In this document: positions 1-13,300 of the stretch, in pieces | Position numbering within the stretch: position 1 is the stretch's first letter | How the letters are laid out: each line of letters opens with the position of its first letter | Assembly (NCBI GenBank): GCA_001949185.1 | Contig: BDGG01000005.1 | Location: 186,001 to 250,000, forward strand | DNA: 64,000 nucleotides | Reading direction: 5' to 3' | From: Ramazzottius varieornatus | Taxonomy: Eukaryota > Animalia > Tardigrada | Program-made: the position numbers and the translations under genes | The notes under the pieces: model-generated | Database searches by the model: none | Seen by the model: only the letters and a program-made list of their open reading frames with translations | What the model was told of the DNA's origin: nothing

Positions 1-350
1 GGATATTTCAGCTCTGCGGTGTCGTCTTCGTTGTATTCCAAATCATCCACACCAACACGAGCGGCTACAGGAGAATACTTGTTTTGAGATTTAATTTCAG
101 CGTCGTAGACAAGGCGACTCCCGCTGTCCGAAAGAGTCTCGTATGCTCGCTGTAGGATAATAAAATCATGCGGATCCATCCCCTTCGAGCTGCGCAAGCT
201 TCCGTCCCTATTCCGGTTGTCCAATGGCGCATGAGCCATCTTGTCAGGGTGATACTGTTTCGCTAGTCGCAGGAAGCTGGCCCGTATTTCCTCCTGAGTA
301 GCTGTACTGGGAACTTGCAAAACATCGTAAAGGTTTAACCCGGTCATCAT
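1..350 (-). CDS. DNAJC24: DnaJ homolog subfamily C member 24 (diphthamide biosynthesis DPH4), 3' end beyond the window
   Basis: Not in the ORF track. Minus-strand translation gives MMTGLNLYDVLQVPSTATQEEIRASFLRLAKQYHPDK...AYETLSDSGSRLVYD...VGVDDLEYNEDDTAELKYP: a J domain with HPD followed by the lead-in to a CSL zinc finger, as in DPH4. Confidence 0.85.
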   Translation of the reverse strand, partial: MMTGLNLYDVLQVPSTATQEEIRASFLRLAKQYHPDKMAHAPLDNRNRDGSLRSSKGMDPHDFIILQRAYETLSDSGSRLVYDAEIKSQNKYSPVAARVGVDDLEYNEDDTAELKY

Positions 351-528
351 CACGGCTGCCAGCTAAATATGTGAAAGAATCATTCAGAAGACAGGGCGAT
401 TTCGATGTGACAGTGTGACTCTCTTCCCCAGCTTCCGGTAGAATTGAAGAACAAGTTGAGAGTCCGGAATCGGCGGAATGTCCGGCCTGGTATGCAGTTG
501 ACTCGCGAGTGAGCCGAGAACAAAGTGA

Positions 529-552
529 TGACGTAATGACGTAAGTTGACGT
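529..552. promoter_or_regulatory. Cluster of three CRE/ATF-like TGACGT sites in the DNAJC24/MRPL2 bidirectional promoter
   Basis: TGACGT at 529, 537 and 547 within a 360-bp head-to-head gap. An ACTCGCGAGT palindrome lies at 501-510 and CTTCCGG near 432. Confidence 0.4.
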
Positions 553-709
553 TACAACGGCTTGATTGTTCTGGCTTTTGATCCCAATTGACCTATTCCC
601 AAATTCCCCGTTCCCACTCAGCTCTCCCGATGTTATCGAGTTCTCATATTCGTATGAACTTACCTTAAGCTGTACAGGTCTCAGCAGGGGAGACCTGCAT
701 ATCGAAGAG

Positions 710-2146
710 ATGCTCAGCTCGGTGGCTCGCTCCTTGATGCGAGCCTCGCTGCTACGGAATGCAGACCTCATGTCGGCCACTTCCGGTCGGACCTTCACGG
801 GTCTAGCAGCAAGACCAGCTAAAACCTTTGCTGACATTGGACCTGATCCCCAAGCGTCGGCTGACATTAGGAACTCTCCGTTCATGAAGGAAAAGATTAC
901 ATGGCAGACATGTCGACGATTCCCCTACGATTCCACAGAGGTGCACCGTCTTAACCCTTTACTCCCAGAAACAGGACGGCCGGAACCTCGCGTGCCCCGT
1001 ATGGAAGATTTCCGTAGGAGCTTCGATCGTAAGGATATTGGGCGAAAGCCAAAGCCTTTGCTGTCCGTTCCTGCAGTCAAGTTCGCTGTCCGAGAATGGC
1101 CAAAAAAGTACACCACAGAGCCCTTAGCTACATGGAGAACGGGTGGCCGTCATCCCGTTACCGGTGAGCAAATAGATAAATGCTAAAAATTAACGTTAGC
1201 TTATCGAAATAAAGACTCGCTGAGCGAAAGCGTCAAGTGTGATTTGCGTAAAATGCGGTTTGCTCTTTGTAGGTCGAGTAATTTATCGTCGGATAGGAGG
1301 AGGTGTATACCGTGAATATTACATGGTGGATGGCCAAAGAGAATATATTCCGAAAGAGACCATCGAGGAAAAGGTTAGAAGGTTTTCTAACTTCCAAATA
1401 TTTACGAGACGTGTCTTTACTGAAAACACGACACTGAATAGCTTAGCCTGCTGGTGTCAGTCGTAGGATGTTACATCTGAGTATTCACCGTTATTTTGCT
1501 GCAGATTATAGAAATTCGCGACGATCCAATACGAACAGGGAAGATTGCTCGGATCGGATACAAGGACGGGCAGCGGTGGGTTATGGCCACTGAGAATATG
1601 CGGGTTGGTCAGATCGTCAAAAGCTCGCGCGCCATCGGGAGAATTGCAAGTGAGTGCCAAAAAGCGCGTGGCCTCTTTTGAGCTGTTAACACGACTTTGG
1701 TTTGTTTTGTAGTTCGTGCCTTTGAAGGTGACACTTACTGTGTGGGTGCTCTCCCAATGGGTACAGTGGTAAGTTCGGTGCAGGTGAGAACCACGGGTAA
1801 CGGGCTTTGTGCCGTGGCTGCTGGATGTTGCGCCCTGATTCTGAGGAAGGAGGCCGATGGTGTGGTTCTTCAGCTGCCCAGTAAGCAGACGGTCAAAGTG
1901 TCAGAAGACTGTCTAGCCACTGTTGGGCGTATTTCGAACGTCAACTGGAAAGATGTTGATCTGGGATCGGCCGGTGCATCCAGACGTGAAGGTATTCGAC
2001 CAAAGAGTGGCCTGTGGCACCGCAAGGATCAGTACAGTGGTCGTAAGGGTCATCCGCCCAAACCTCTGAAAAACTATCTCAATAAACGAAGACCTGCTCC
2101 AGTTCAGTATGCTTTCCAGCCTCTTAATGAACATACTATAGGCTAG
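710..2146 (+). CDS. MRPL2: Mitochondrial ribosomal protein L2 (uL2m), 4 exons
   Basis: Presequence-like N-terminus; RTGGRHPVTG|RVIYRRIGGG, IRDDPIRTGKIARI, LPMGTVVSSV, VVLQLPSKQ, ATVGRISN and GIRPKSGLWHRK match uL2. GT-AG introns. Confidence 0.95.
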
Positions 2147-2282
2147 AAAACTTCCAGTGCAGTCTCAGTTAGATGTTTTGATGAGCATATTGATGTTGTT
2201 GGATAGCTCTTTTTTTGTCGATTGACTTCGGAATGTACAGTATCGTTTAGTTTTGGGACGTCGGTAAATGAATTGACCACGA

Positions 2283-2366
2283 CCGGTATCTCAAAATCAA
2301 ATCACGCACGTCTGCAGTGTTGTTGGTTGAAGGCGTGCGCCACCTGGAAAACCGAAAATGTTCGAC
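2283..2366. mobile_element. Family A palindromic MITE-like element (degenerate copy between convergent genes)
   Basis: CAGTGTTGTTGGTTGAAGGCGTGCGCCACCTGGAAAACCGA matches the reverse complement of the family consensus. Confidence 0.6.
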
Positions 2367-2492
2367 TCATTTGCGGACGTCCCGTGCTGCGAATTTGTCG
2401 GGTCGAATAAGAATTTACCGGGCACGCTTCAGATCGGTTGTACATACGTAAAGAATGGAGGACGGAACTTCATTACTTCGAGTGCTTTTTCT

Positions 2493-4210
2493 TTATTGCT
2501 GGTTAGCAAGGATAAAAAATGAAAATGTGGAAAAGGCAAAGTGTGAGAACAAGATCCACCAAATTAGGTAGCCAAACACAGACTTTAGTAAAGCACCGGT
2601 GAAGAGGGTCCACACAGAATTATGAATTTCAAACACCGTAGCTGCATAGTCGGCAGGGATACCAAGATAGCCCAGCAGCTTACCCTGCGCTGCATTCCCT
2701 CGTACAGGGAAGAAGGATTCTAAATCGGCACTCATGTATAAAAAACACAGCATTATTATCATTATCAGAGGTGCAATGTACTGTACGACTGTCACACAGG
2801 TATAGCGAAGTGGGAAACCCAAAGACTTGCGAAACTCATCCACGTCCATTCTTCCGGGTTCCTTCTTCAAGGCGTGGAGTATCTTCCGAGGGATGTCCAG
2901 GTGTGATTGGATGAAGGGACGCATTGAAGCTAGACGAACTGCTACGCCAAGAAGAACCAATAGTATTCGCGTTGTCTCGAACGAGATATCTAAAAGCAAA
3001 AGAACGATCAAAACTAGCAACTTTTAAGAATAAGAATCGAGAACTTACAGTTGTTCTCTCTGAAGAAGTGCTCTTTGGCCGCGGGCATCCACAACAGACA
3101 AAGCAGGGTAGGGAACCCGAAGGACATAGTATATAGAAGAATACTAATCTGGTCTTGTTGAGCGACTGCGTTATCACGAGCATCGCGAAACATCTTGCCG
3201 AAACGGATACCAGGAAAGGCAACGAGTGCAGTGGTGAAACCGGACAGTGTACCGACGAATAGACTAGAAAAAACATACTCAGTTACACGAAACGCAGTGT
3301 TGGACAGAAGTTTCTTACCCGAACGCGAAGAGGGTGAAGTTGACCGTTCGAGCAAATTCAGAAATCGCAGGAATTTTTTGCAACTGTTCGGTGAAGTTTC
3401 TGTGAGCATCCTTCAGTCCAAAGTCAAGAGCCCGGTCGTTGAGCACTAGCATCCCGATGGCGAAGAAAGCACCAACGATGCCTGCTAAGATCACCGTGTA
3501 TAGTTCTCCGTGGTCTTTTATACTGTAATAGATTTGAACGATGTTGAGAAGCAGGAACACCGCTAGGAACACTGTCACGATACACCAAAGAAGACTGAAG
3601 TTGGTCTCCATTTGCCTTGTGGTATTCACTGCAAGAAAACCTCAGAAACATTAAAGTGACAATAACATCAAGCTCACGAAGATTGTGTTTCGAGGTGGCG
3701 CACCCTTTCAGCCAATAACACTGAAAAAGTGCGTCACTTGGGGAACGCTCTTGTCGAGTTTGTTCGCCGAACTGCCATAATTATTACTAAGTGAAATGTA
3801 CCTGGGACTCCGAGCGCTTTGTCTTTGGCATAGTAATAGAGTTCTGTGATCATGTAAGCTACCATGGCAGTCGAAGCGACGCTCAAGAGCCATTTTAGCT
3901 CCACGTAAAACTTGAGTGCGGATGCAATGTCCATCTGAAAGTCGTGTTTTCGTAAGTCCACATCGACGGCCTTTGGTATGAGAAGTCTTTCGTTATCGGA
4001 AAACTCAACTCGGCGGTTCTTCCGGTTGCCTTTATTCTTTGGTCCGTCACCCATCCCGGCAGCTAACTTTAGTTCCTCCTTGGAGGGCGGCATGTAGAAC
4101 TGCAAGTTACGCAGGACGACCCACCCTGGTAGCTTGTCGTAAATTCGCAACTTCTGAAGTAGATGGTAAGTCAGCAGACTGATGGCGAAAGAAATACTGA
4201 TCAACGCCAT
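2493..4210 (-). CDS. TMEM161: Transmembrane protein 161, 4 exons
   Basis: MALISISFAISL...YMPPSKEELKLAAG..., FPGIRFGKM, YTCVTVVQYIAPLI and FGYLIWW match TMEM161. Apparent frame changes coincide with GT-AG introns. Confidence 0.92.
3669..3764. mobile_element. Family A palindromic MITE-like element in a TMEM161 intron
   Basis: GAGGTGGCGCAC-CCTTTCAGCCAATAACACTGAAAAA-GTGCGTCACTTGGGGAACGCTCTTGTCGAGTTTGTT. Confidence 0.75.
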
Positions 4211-4992
4211 GGTCTGGTAGGCATTCGATCTTCCACCAATACAGAATGGGTCTACTAATTCAGATAGATATATGTGCGAGTTACTTCCGCATCACTTCCG
4301 CCAGCTTTCTGCTGCGGATATAAACGACATTCTGCCACCGGCAAACGGCGATGATCTTCGATATTCCGCAGCAGGTGTTAGTTTAGTCCAGGTTACAGTC
4401 CGGGTAGCTGCGAATGAACAGCAGAAGTTACATGATGGTACTAATAAAACCGGCAGGATGCGTAACTGTATGGCCGGTGTTCACAACTAGTCCACCAGGA
4501 CCAGAACCAACAAATCATTCGGGAAAATACGGGGGAAAAAGTTGGTCGTATTACTCCACTCACCGGCATTCACAGCTCGAGATAACAATCGATATCGATG
4601 CGACAATTTAGGCTGCACTGCTGCAAGATCCACAAAATTTGTTCAGCTTGAAAACCGTGCGTCGCTTGGATCGGTGGGGAATGAGATTGGCGTCTGTACG
4701 AGAAAGCAGAGCCTCAAAACGCAGCTCTTCCGCCAGCTCTGCTTCCACGATGAGCAACTCCGACAGCATTATGCAATTGATAAATATAGCATCCCCAATT
4801 CCTCATACATCCCAACTGTGCTAAATCGGGATGTTTACGTTTGATGGTCCAGTCGAACTGATATTTTGAAATTATTTACAACATTCAGCTTCGCCCGGTT
4901 CCCGGGGTGAATAGCCGGGCTTAACCGATTCCCTTAGGCTATTCCACCCACAGGGCCATTATTGTCGTCTTCCAGGTCATAGTGCAGGCGCT

Positions 4993-6713
4993 ATGTCCAA
5001 GTGGAAGATGCGCTCATCCATCATGAACCTCCTCGCGAGATTACCGATGTATTTTGCCACCGCAGTGGCGGTTTTTATAGCATCGACTCTAGTGACTTGT
5101 GTCGTGATAGCAGTACGAGCTCGACGGCGAAAACGGACCGCAAGGAAGAATAACGAGTAAGTTGACTACGTACAGTATATATTATGGGAAAGTTCTCGTC
5201 GTTGTATTGATCGTGCCTATCGCCGTCTCGGACTTTAGGTTTAGGCCCATCATCGGATTCTTTCACCCGTATTGCCTCAGTGGTGGCGGAGGAGAACGCG
5301 TGTTGTGGGCAGCATTGAATGGCTTGGGAAAAAGGTAAGGATACGAGTGCAGGTGTCTTAACTAGCCACTTCCGGTTGCGACGTACTCGGTGACTACACT
5401 TATCTACTTCAGATATCCGGAGAATGAGTACGTTATATATACGGGCGACAGTCCGGAGGCATGCATGTCCTTCCGCTCACACGTTATGGAACGATTCCAC
5501 ATCGACATCCCGAGTGGTCTGCACGTTAACTTCGTTCACCTGTCAACTCGTTCGTTACTGGAAGGTCGACGGTATCCTGTGTTAACCATGATACTGCAGA
5601 GCGTAGGCTCGTGCATAGTTGGCCTAGAAGGACTGTGGAAACTGTGTCCGGATGTTTTCATTGACACTACCGGTGATTTTTTTTCTGTGGTGAAATATTC
5701 AGTTGGGTTGGAATTTGTTTTATAACGGTTCCTTAACCATATTTTCAGGACATGCTTTCACGCTTCCGATCTTCCGCTTCATCGGAGGTTGCCGAACAGC
5801 AGCATACGTGCATTACCCAACAATTAGTACCGATATGCTGTCAAGAGTCCAGCAGAGAAAGGAAGCCGTTAATAACTCATTCGTCGTATCAAGAAGTGCT
5901 TTTCTCAGTTCGCTGAAAGTTTTCTACTATCGCTTTTTCGCTTTCCTATATGGCTTGGCGGGGAAGTGCTGTGAGGTCGTGACCGTGAATTCTACATGGA
6001 CAGCTGGTCACATTCGCGACATTTGGTGCTCGCAAAATGTAACTATAATATATCCTCCTTGTAACGTTACGGAGTTCCTCAGTATCCAAGTTTGGCCGGA
6101 TTCATGGAAGCAGAAGATCATCATAGTCTCCATCGGACAGTTCCGGCCTGAGAAAGATCACCCTTTGCAGCTACGTTCACTAAGGACTTTGCTGGCGCGG
6201 CGTCGAGATCTGCGATCGAGAGTCGAGCTGCATTTCGTGGGAAGCTGCAGAAACGCCGAAGACGAAGCTCGGGTCGAAAAACTTCGGGAACTTGCAGCAA
6301 AACTGGACATTTCAAAAAACATAGTCTTTCATTTAAATGCACCGTTCAAAGAGTTGCTGAACATCTGTCAACATGGCACCATAGGACTTCACTCCATGTG
6401 GAACGAGCACTTTGGGATTGGAGTGGTGGAATGCATGGCAGCTGGTCTCGTCACAGTGGCGCACAACTCTGGGGGACCTAAGGCTGACATCTTGAAGGAC
6501 TGGGAGGGTGAAAAGACCGGCTTCCTGGCCGATGATGAATACACATACAGTCTAGCAATAGAAAATGTTATAAGGTGCAACGATTTTCAAAAAGATGCTA
6601 TTCGAACGGCGGCTAGAAGTTCCGTGTCTCGTTTCACGGATGAAGTTTTTATGACTGATTTTGTATCTGCAGTGAGTGCATTGTTCGTACTAGACCACAG
6701 TGAAAAACTGTAA
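4993..6713 (+). CDS. ALG11: GDP-Man:Man3GlcNAc2-PP-Dol alpha-1,2-mannosyltransferase, 4 exons (start at 4993 or 5023)
   Basis: N-terminal TM helix, [62 protein letters not shown] and [11 protein letters not shown]. Confidence 0.96.
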
Positions 6714-7358
6714 CGAGCGGCCGTTGATCAGACGATGAACGATTCCTCCAGTAACTTACCAGAATTTCATCACGAACAAGAATTAGCCCACTGGACCGAA
6801 CCACTTCCGGCTCCCGTAAGCTAACAAGTATTAAATTAACACTATTTTAAGCAATCCGAAATTTGAAGGTTGGGTGCCCCGGGCGAGGCCTTAAACCCGC
6901 CCCGTCGCCCCATACCAAAATTATTTTCTTCGCGTGAAACCTTTTCCGATGATCTCATTGTCGCTGTTGCATCAGAGTGATGGTTGCATCTTCCAAAGTC
7001 CCACTTCTTGAATCTTGATTCTCGAAGTCTTCTTCGGTGTTCATTCTATCGACATCTTGTGGAAGTTTTGATTTCTTAAAACCTCATAACTTGTGTTCTC
7101 GTGTCGGGAGTTCCTTTGTTTGCAACCTAGGTGATTCAGCCGTCCACCTTTTGGAGGATAAGTGATTCATCTGCGCCAGTTGGTGATCGGTAAGGGAGGA
7201 CGTCCGACCACAATCCGAAGTCTGGCACTCGGGAGCTGACGAGTGGATGTCGAGCACAATAATCCTTCACTCCACTTGAGCGAGCGGTAAGTTCACAGGT
7301 AGCAGCTAAGTCATCCTTTTATGTCTTTTTTAAGCTAGTTCTGACGGTTTTAGTAGCC

Positions 7359-10300
7359 ATGTTTGGACAGCAGCAACCCTTCGGTACGCCGACAAGTCAA
7401 GCCAATGCATTTGGAGGCTTCGGGCAGCCGACGTTCGGGACAACCGGTGGAGGGTTGTTTGGTCAGCAGCAACAACAGCCGGCACAACAGCAGCCGCTGT
7501 TTGGATCAACGTCCACCTTTGGTGCCTCCACATTCGGCCAGCCACAACAGCCCCAAGCACAGGCAACGTCGAATCCTTTCGGGCAAACCACTACGACGTT
7601 CGGAGCCAGTAATCCTTTCGGCGCACAACCTCAGCCAGCTCAGAGTGGTGGACTGTTTGGCTCAAGTACTCCATTCGGATCCACGGCAGCTCAGCCAGCT
7701 ACTCAGCCTGCCTTTGGCCAACCTCAGCAGCAGCAACAAACGACCGGTCTCTTTGGATCGACCACTACAGGTGATTTCTCGCTTCTTGTTCCTCAGGGTT
7801 ATGTTTCTAAAGTGGGGGATTATTGCTGAGAATGTCGAATGAATGAATGAATGAAGACGTTGGCAGATAATGTCACCGTCTCAATCACCGTCTCAAGTGG
7901 CGCACAGCTTCATTAGTGTTGGCTGAGAGAATGCGCCACGTGGAAGTTGAACTTTCAAAATTGTTTTTGTTTTTGTAGGTAGCAATTTGTTTGGCCAGTC
8001 GAAGCCAGGTGGCTTTGGAGCGACGACCACCTTCGGAGCTCAACCCGCAACTACCTCACTTTTCGGGAGCCAGCAGCCAGCACAATCCACAGGAGGGTTG
8101 TTTGGTTCTTCCTCATCCGGCCTGTTCGGGTCACAGCCCAGTGCCAACCCTTTCGCCTCTTCTGGTCCTGTTGGAACCACCATCAAGTTTTCTCCACTGG
8201 TGGGACAAGACACGGCAGTGAAGAATGGTAGTCAGTCTTCGGTTACCACCAAGAACTACTGCATCTCTACTATGAAAGAGTACGATGAGAAGAAAAGTTT
8301 GGAGGAACTCAGGTATGAAGACTATCAAGCTGGACGAAAGTATGGCACTGCCACGGCGCCTGCTCAGTCTGGGGGCTTGTTTGGACAGCCTGCAGCCCAA
8401 CCTACCACTGGTAAGAGTTTCGTAGTCCGTCTCGGTTGCTAGATTAACTCTTCGAATACCCGACTTTTCGATGAAATTGAATGAAGGTGAAGACGAATGT
8501 AGCCGTGCGGTGGCAACCTGCATACTTGTCTATTGGTGACATTCTTGGGCTGTCGTATCCAGGTGCTCGAAATGGCCGAGAGATGGTGTACTCATGTTGC
8601 ATTAACCTACCTACTCGTGCAGAACGGGTGTTCCACGGATGGCCTGTATGCAGGTGTCTGACAGACTGGCCCGTTTGTGAGCAGACGGCGGAAGCTGATG
8701 TCGGTTTCATTTTTTAGGTGGACTTTTCGGTAACACCACTAGTGCCTTCGGACAGACATCTTCCTTCGGACAGACCGCTGCCAAGCCCACAGGTTTCGGT
8801 ACAGGTACCAGTCTTTTTGGGAACACCACAGCCCAACCGGCTACCACAGGACTGTTTGGACAAACTACGACTCCGGCTACTGGTGGGTTTGGTACCAACA
8901 CGGGAACCACTGGTCTGTTTGGGCAACCAGCACAAAACACCACCACTACTTCTGCCTTCGGAACATCCTTTGGTGCCACCACGGGATTTGGTACCGCCAC
9001 ACAGCAAACCACTCAGCCGCTGTTTGGAGGTATGACAACTCAGACTGGTCAGCCGAGTGCTTTCGGATCGACCTCAACGTTTGGAACGAATACGGGCTTT
9101 GGCCAAACTTCGGCGTTTGGGACCAGTGCTGCTCCATCAACAGGTAACCATACCTCTTAGAAATACCCAAAAGTTCGGGGATTCCAGAATTTCAGTCACT
9201 TCAGTCGCAATGTCTCATACGTAGCGTTTGCTGTAATAATCCGAAGTTTTGTTTTCCATTGGTTTCAGGTTTGTTTGGATCACAACCAGCAGCGACGACC
9301 ACCGCTTCCGTCTTTCCTGCCTTCGGACAAAGTAGTCTCTTCAGCAAACCAGCAACCACCACTGCTCCTGCTTTCGGTGGTTTCGGTACTACCACGAGCA
9401 CACCTGCCACCACCGGGTTTGCTGGTTTCGGGTCTTTGGGGACCACGAATACCGGTACTGGTGGAGGTCTGTTCGGTAACACCACCTCAGCTTTCGGTGC
9501 TACCAACACCGCAAAGCCAGCCTTTGGCGGGTTCGGACAGACGACAGCGGCTCCAGCAACGACCAGCTTCTTCGGAACTCAACCAGCCACCAACACTCAA
9601 CAAACCGGAAGTATTTTCGGGCAGACTGGTGAGTTAGTTAGAAAATCAACATAGGTGTACAATGGAATGAGATATGCGTTTTCTTGCAGGTACGACATCG
9701 GGAGGTCTCTTCGGACAGCAGACAAGCTCTTCCATCTTTGGGTCGAATCCTCTGCAACAGCCGACATCCAGTCAGTCCAGTTCGGGAAGTGTCCACGCGC
9801 AGATAGTCGAGTTGGTACGCTCTGGTGTGTCGGACACCGACGTGCTGTGTAACATGTACTCGCAACTTCCGTACAAGGAAGCACAGCAAAAGGTTCAGCC
9901 CCTGTCTCGCGATACCATCAACGCCTTCATCAGTAACGCCAAGCGCAACTACGCACCAGCTGACGGTGAAAGCCGAAAGGACGAGCGACTGTACAGTTTC
10001 TACGTGGCGCCGACGCACTCGTTCGACGGACTCAACTTATCATCGACTTCCGGTCCGGTGTCTTGGCGCTCGGCTGCTGCTAAGCGCGACGAAAGGTAGG
10101 AAACTTACAGAATTTCTTTCAGGGGACTCCATTAATGTCTTCTTCTCGATTCAGGTTGAAGCTTGATCGCGCCTACATCGAGAAGGTCGAAAAGGAGGTG
10201 ACCAGTGCGCGATCAGACGGGGTGTCTCGCGCTTCCACCTCGAGTGTACCACAGATTCAGTCGTCGGTTTACTCGACGGCGTCAAAAGCTAAAGCTGCAT

Positions 10301-13300
10301 CACGAACCGAGCGTGGTACAGCGCACCCGGAGAAGGTGACTCCTCCGGTCCAAGTCTCGCGAAACTTGCGAGAAGCTTTTGACGAAGATAGCCCACAGAA
10401 CACAGATAACAGACAGGCTAGCTTCCTTGGACAAGGTCGAGAGTCCAATCGGAACAACGGCAGAGACAACAGAGATGTGCAGATCATCGACGATGATGAC
10501 TCAGACCGAGAGAATATCCCGGTCGGTGGTAACGCTGTGGTGTTGACGAAGACAGGGTACTACACGATTCCGGACGTGTATGAGCTGGTCTTGGACGAGA
10601 AAGGCCAGTGCATTGTGGATGGATTCTTGGTTGGACGACTTGGATGCGGAAGTGTCAAATTTCTAGGTAAGCTAGCAACCCGGTTATAAAATTGAAAAAA
10701 ACCAGATTTGCCACGCATTTACCATGGGTCGGCGTGTGGTCGATGCATGGCTTTCATGTCACATTCTTGGCTGGGTATTTACACATCGTAGTTTCAATGC
10801 CTTTGAATTTCAGGTTTGACCAACGTGGCCGGAATGAATCTGGACAAGCTGGTGGCGATCAACGACAAAGAAGTGGTGGTGTATCCGGACGAGAAAGACA
10901 AGCCGCCGGTCGGGAAGGGCTTGAACAAGAAAGCGGTGGTCACTTTCGAGAATGTCTGGCCAATGAGCAGTGATATGGAGACGGTGGTGTCAAAGCAAGA
11001 CATCATAGACAGCGGCTTTGAGGAGGTCCTGCGAGCTCGCGTGATTGCCATGGGAGACGCTGACTTCCTGCAGTACAACGTGGACTCGGGACAGCTGTCC
11101 TTCTCGGTGAACCATTTCTCACGGTACAAACTGGTCTTGACCGAAGAGGATACTCAGATCTTGCTGAAAAAGCGCAAAATGCCATTGGAACGATCTTTCG
11201 GGAATGTGAGGGATGGAAACGTGAATGCGGATCAGGGAGACTGGGTAAGCACGACATACTCGTTAGAGCAGTTAAAAGCTTAAAAATTTCGACAATCGGA
11301 AGAGTGGATAGAAAAACCTGTTGTTCTCTGTTGTCATCATGGCTTTTTGGTTCGGTTTTGTCGGTTTTGGACTTGAGTTTCTAGCAATCGTTTGGGCAAC
11401 GGATTAACGCGACTTTGCAAGTACACGAAAACGAAAGTCTGCTACAACGGCGACTTGGTAGAATCCGAAAGATGTATTTTTCCTTTCTCCTCCAGAGTTT
11501 CTAGTTTGATTCGACCTTAGGGTTATTTTTAGTTCATCGTTTGAGTTCAGTAAGGTACTGACTCCTAAGTTTACTTTGAAATTCTTTCGAATGACAGTTT
11601 GGAACGGAGAATTTGAAATTAAGAGGTTGAAACGTCTTGAAAAGTATTTGATTTCGGGGTACATCTTGATTGTAAGGCTGCATCTTCTGGGGAGAGTAAG
11701 AAATAGTCGAAATGAAAGTTTGGGTATTTTTGTCCACTCGTCCGAGAATCTGTGCTTGGCTCCACCGTACATTATCCTCGTGTCATACCGTCTTTGACGT
11801 GTTCGTGGTGTTCCAGATAAAACAGCCTCCTTCTACGGCAGATGACTATGTGTCAGCCGGCAAACGTCGGCGAAGTGAGAAGAGCAGCTTGGTGGGCCTC
11901 AAAGAGAACAACTTTACTCCAAAGCCGCGAATGTCCTACGCGAAAGTATCTCAGGACGTGGAAGACTACCTCGAACGAGCAATGTTGGACGAGACCGACG
12001 TGGACGAACCATCGAAGTCTCAAGCTGAGTTAGTTCTCCCTCAACACATCAAACGCTACCGCAGCATCAGCACAGAGTTCGGTCCAGGTTTCAAACCTCT
12101 CTGCGCCCAGTTATTCAGTCACTCCAAGGGCGAACAGTGGGTCGTGGTGGATGGTGAAGGCGAACTGTCAACCATCCAGGACGTTAATTGTCAGAAGGAA
12201 GACCTGACTTCCGGTTCGAAGTGGCTCTTGGAGGAAATGATGGAGTTCTACTTGGTGAACTGTTCCTACAAGACAGAGAATGGTCACACTCGAATTTTCG
12301 CACCGGACAGTGAGGGGGACTTCGTCTCGCGCTTCTGTGAGTTAGCCTGTAAGTTGACGGAAGGAAGGGAGGAGTTCCTGCAGGAGAAGCTAGCCTGGGA
12401 CCTGCTCAGTAGGCTGTATAAGTCGTTTCAGTCGGTCGAAGCGAATAACTGTGAGGGCTTCTATGAGTGGTTGATGTCGGCTATGTCGCTTCTGACTCCA
12501 AGATTGCCTATGGACCAAGTGACGGAAGAAAACGCTGCGAGGGAAGTGTTTCTGCAAATGATTTGTGGGGAAACGGAGAAGGCCACGGTTATAGCGAGAG
12601 AGTTCGGGCTGCATTCAATCGAGAACGCCATCATAGTCTTTTTCGATCCGCAAGAAGAGGAATTCGGAGACTACGAAGGTAAGATAATGATGCTTGCTGG
12701 TTAAATATAAAGTCATGCTTCTCAAGAGTTTACTACGGCACCAAAGCAGGCTTATGCTCGAAACTGGCGGCAAGTTTTTAGAATCTTGCTTGTGTGACGG
12801 AGTAAACTCCTAAGACGCATTACTATATTCTGGATATTATTTCTATACTGTGTTCGGATGATTGGCTTTTGCAGATGATGCTGGGTCGCCAAAGGACGCT
12901 GTTCGGAGTTTGCTGCGTGACCACGTGCAAGCTATGATGAGCAACCCGGATGGACTGATGGACGAAGACCAGATCTACATGGTCAAGCTACTGATGTTCC
13001 TGAGCGGAGAAACGAAGATGGGCGCCGAGGAAGACGGTGGACAAGGGAGGATGATTAGCGTTTGCGAAGACCTCAACTGGCCGCAGTGCCTTGCTGTCTG
13101 TGCCTTCAACCTACGAATGTCTGATCGCCTCCCAACAGGTACTTGATCAAAAGGCAGAACACTCCATTCTTGATCATCTGAACTGTGGTTTTCGTAGATG
13201 TGATGGACATCGTTCAACACTACAAGGACTTGGCGACAGAAGATTTCCGTTGTACTGTGCCTTCCGACGACTCTCCGGTCCCGTTCTTTCTCTACTCCAT

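Noticed and set aside
244-885. 213-aa minus-strand ORF, and similar long antisense ORFs elsewhere
   Set aside because: They overlap well-supported genes in other frames and have no motifs; shadow ORFs.
2493-4210. Apparent frameshifts or pseudogenes in TMEM161, UNC79, CYP4 and others
   Set aside because: The frame changes I checked are explained by short GT-AG introns.
8460-8704. C/D-box snoRNA or scaRNA in a NUP98 intron (CCGAC...GTCGG stem, CGATGA, CTGA)
   Set aside because: The C box is imperfect, the 'D box' sits at the expected branch-point position about 20 nt from the acceptor, and the inner stem belongs to repeat family B. An Rfam scan would settle it.
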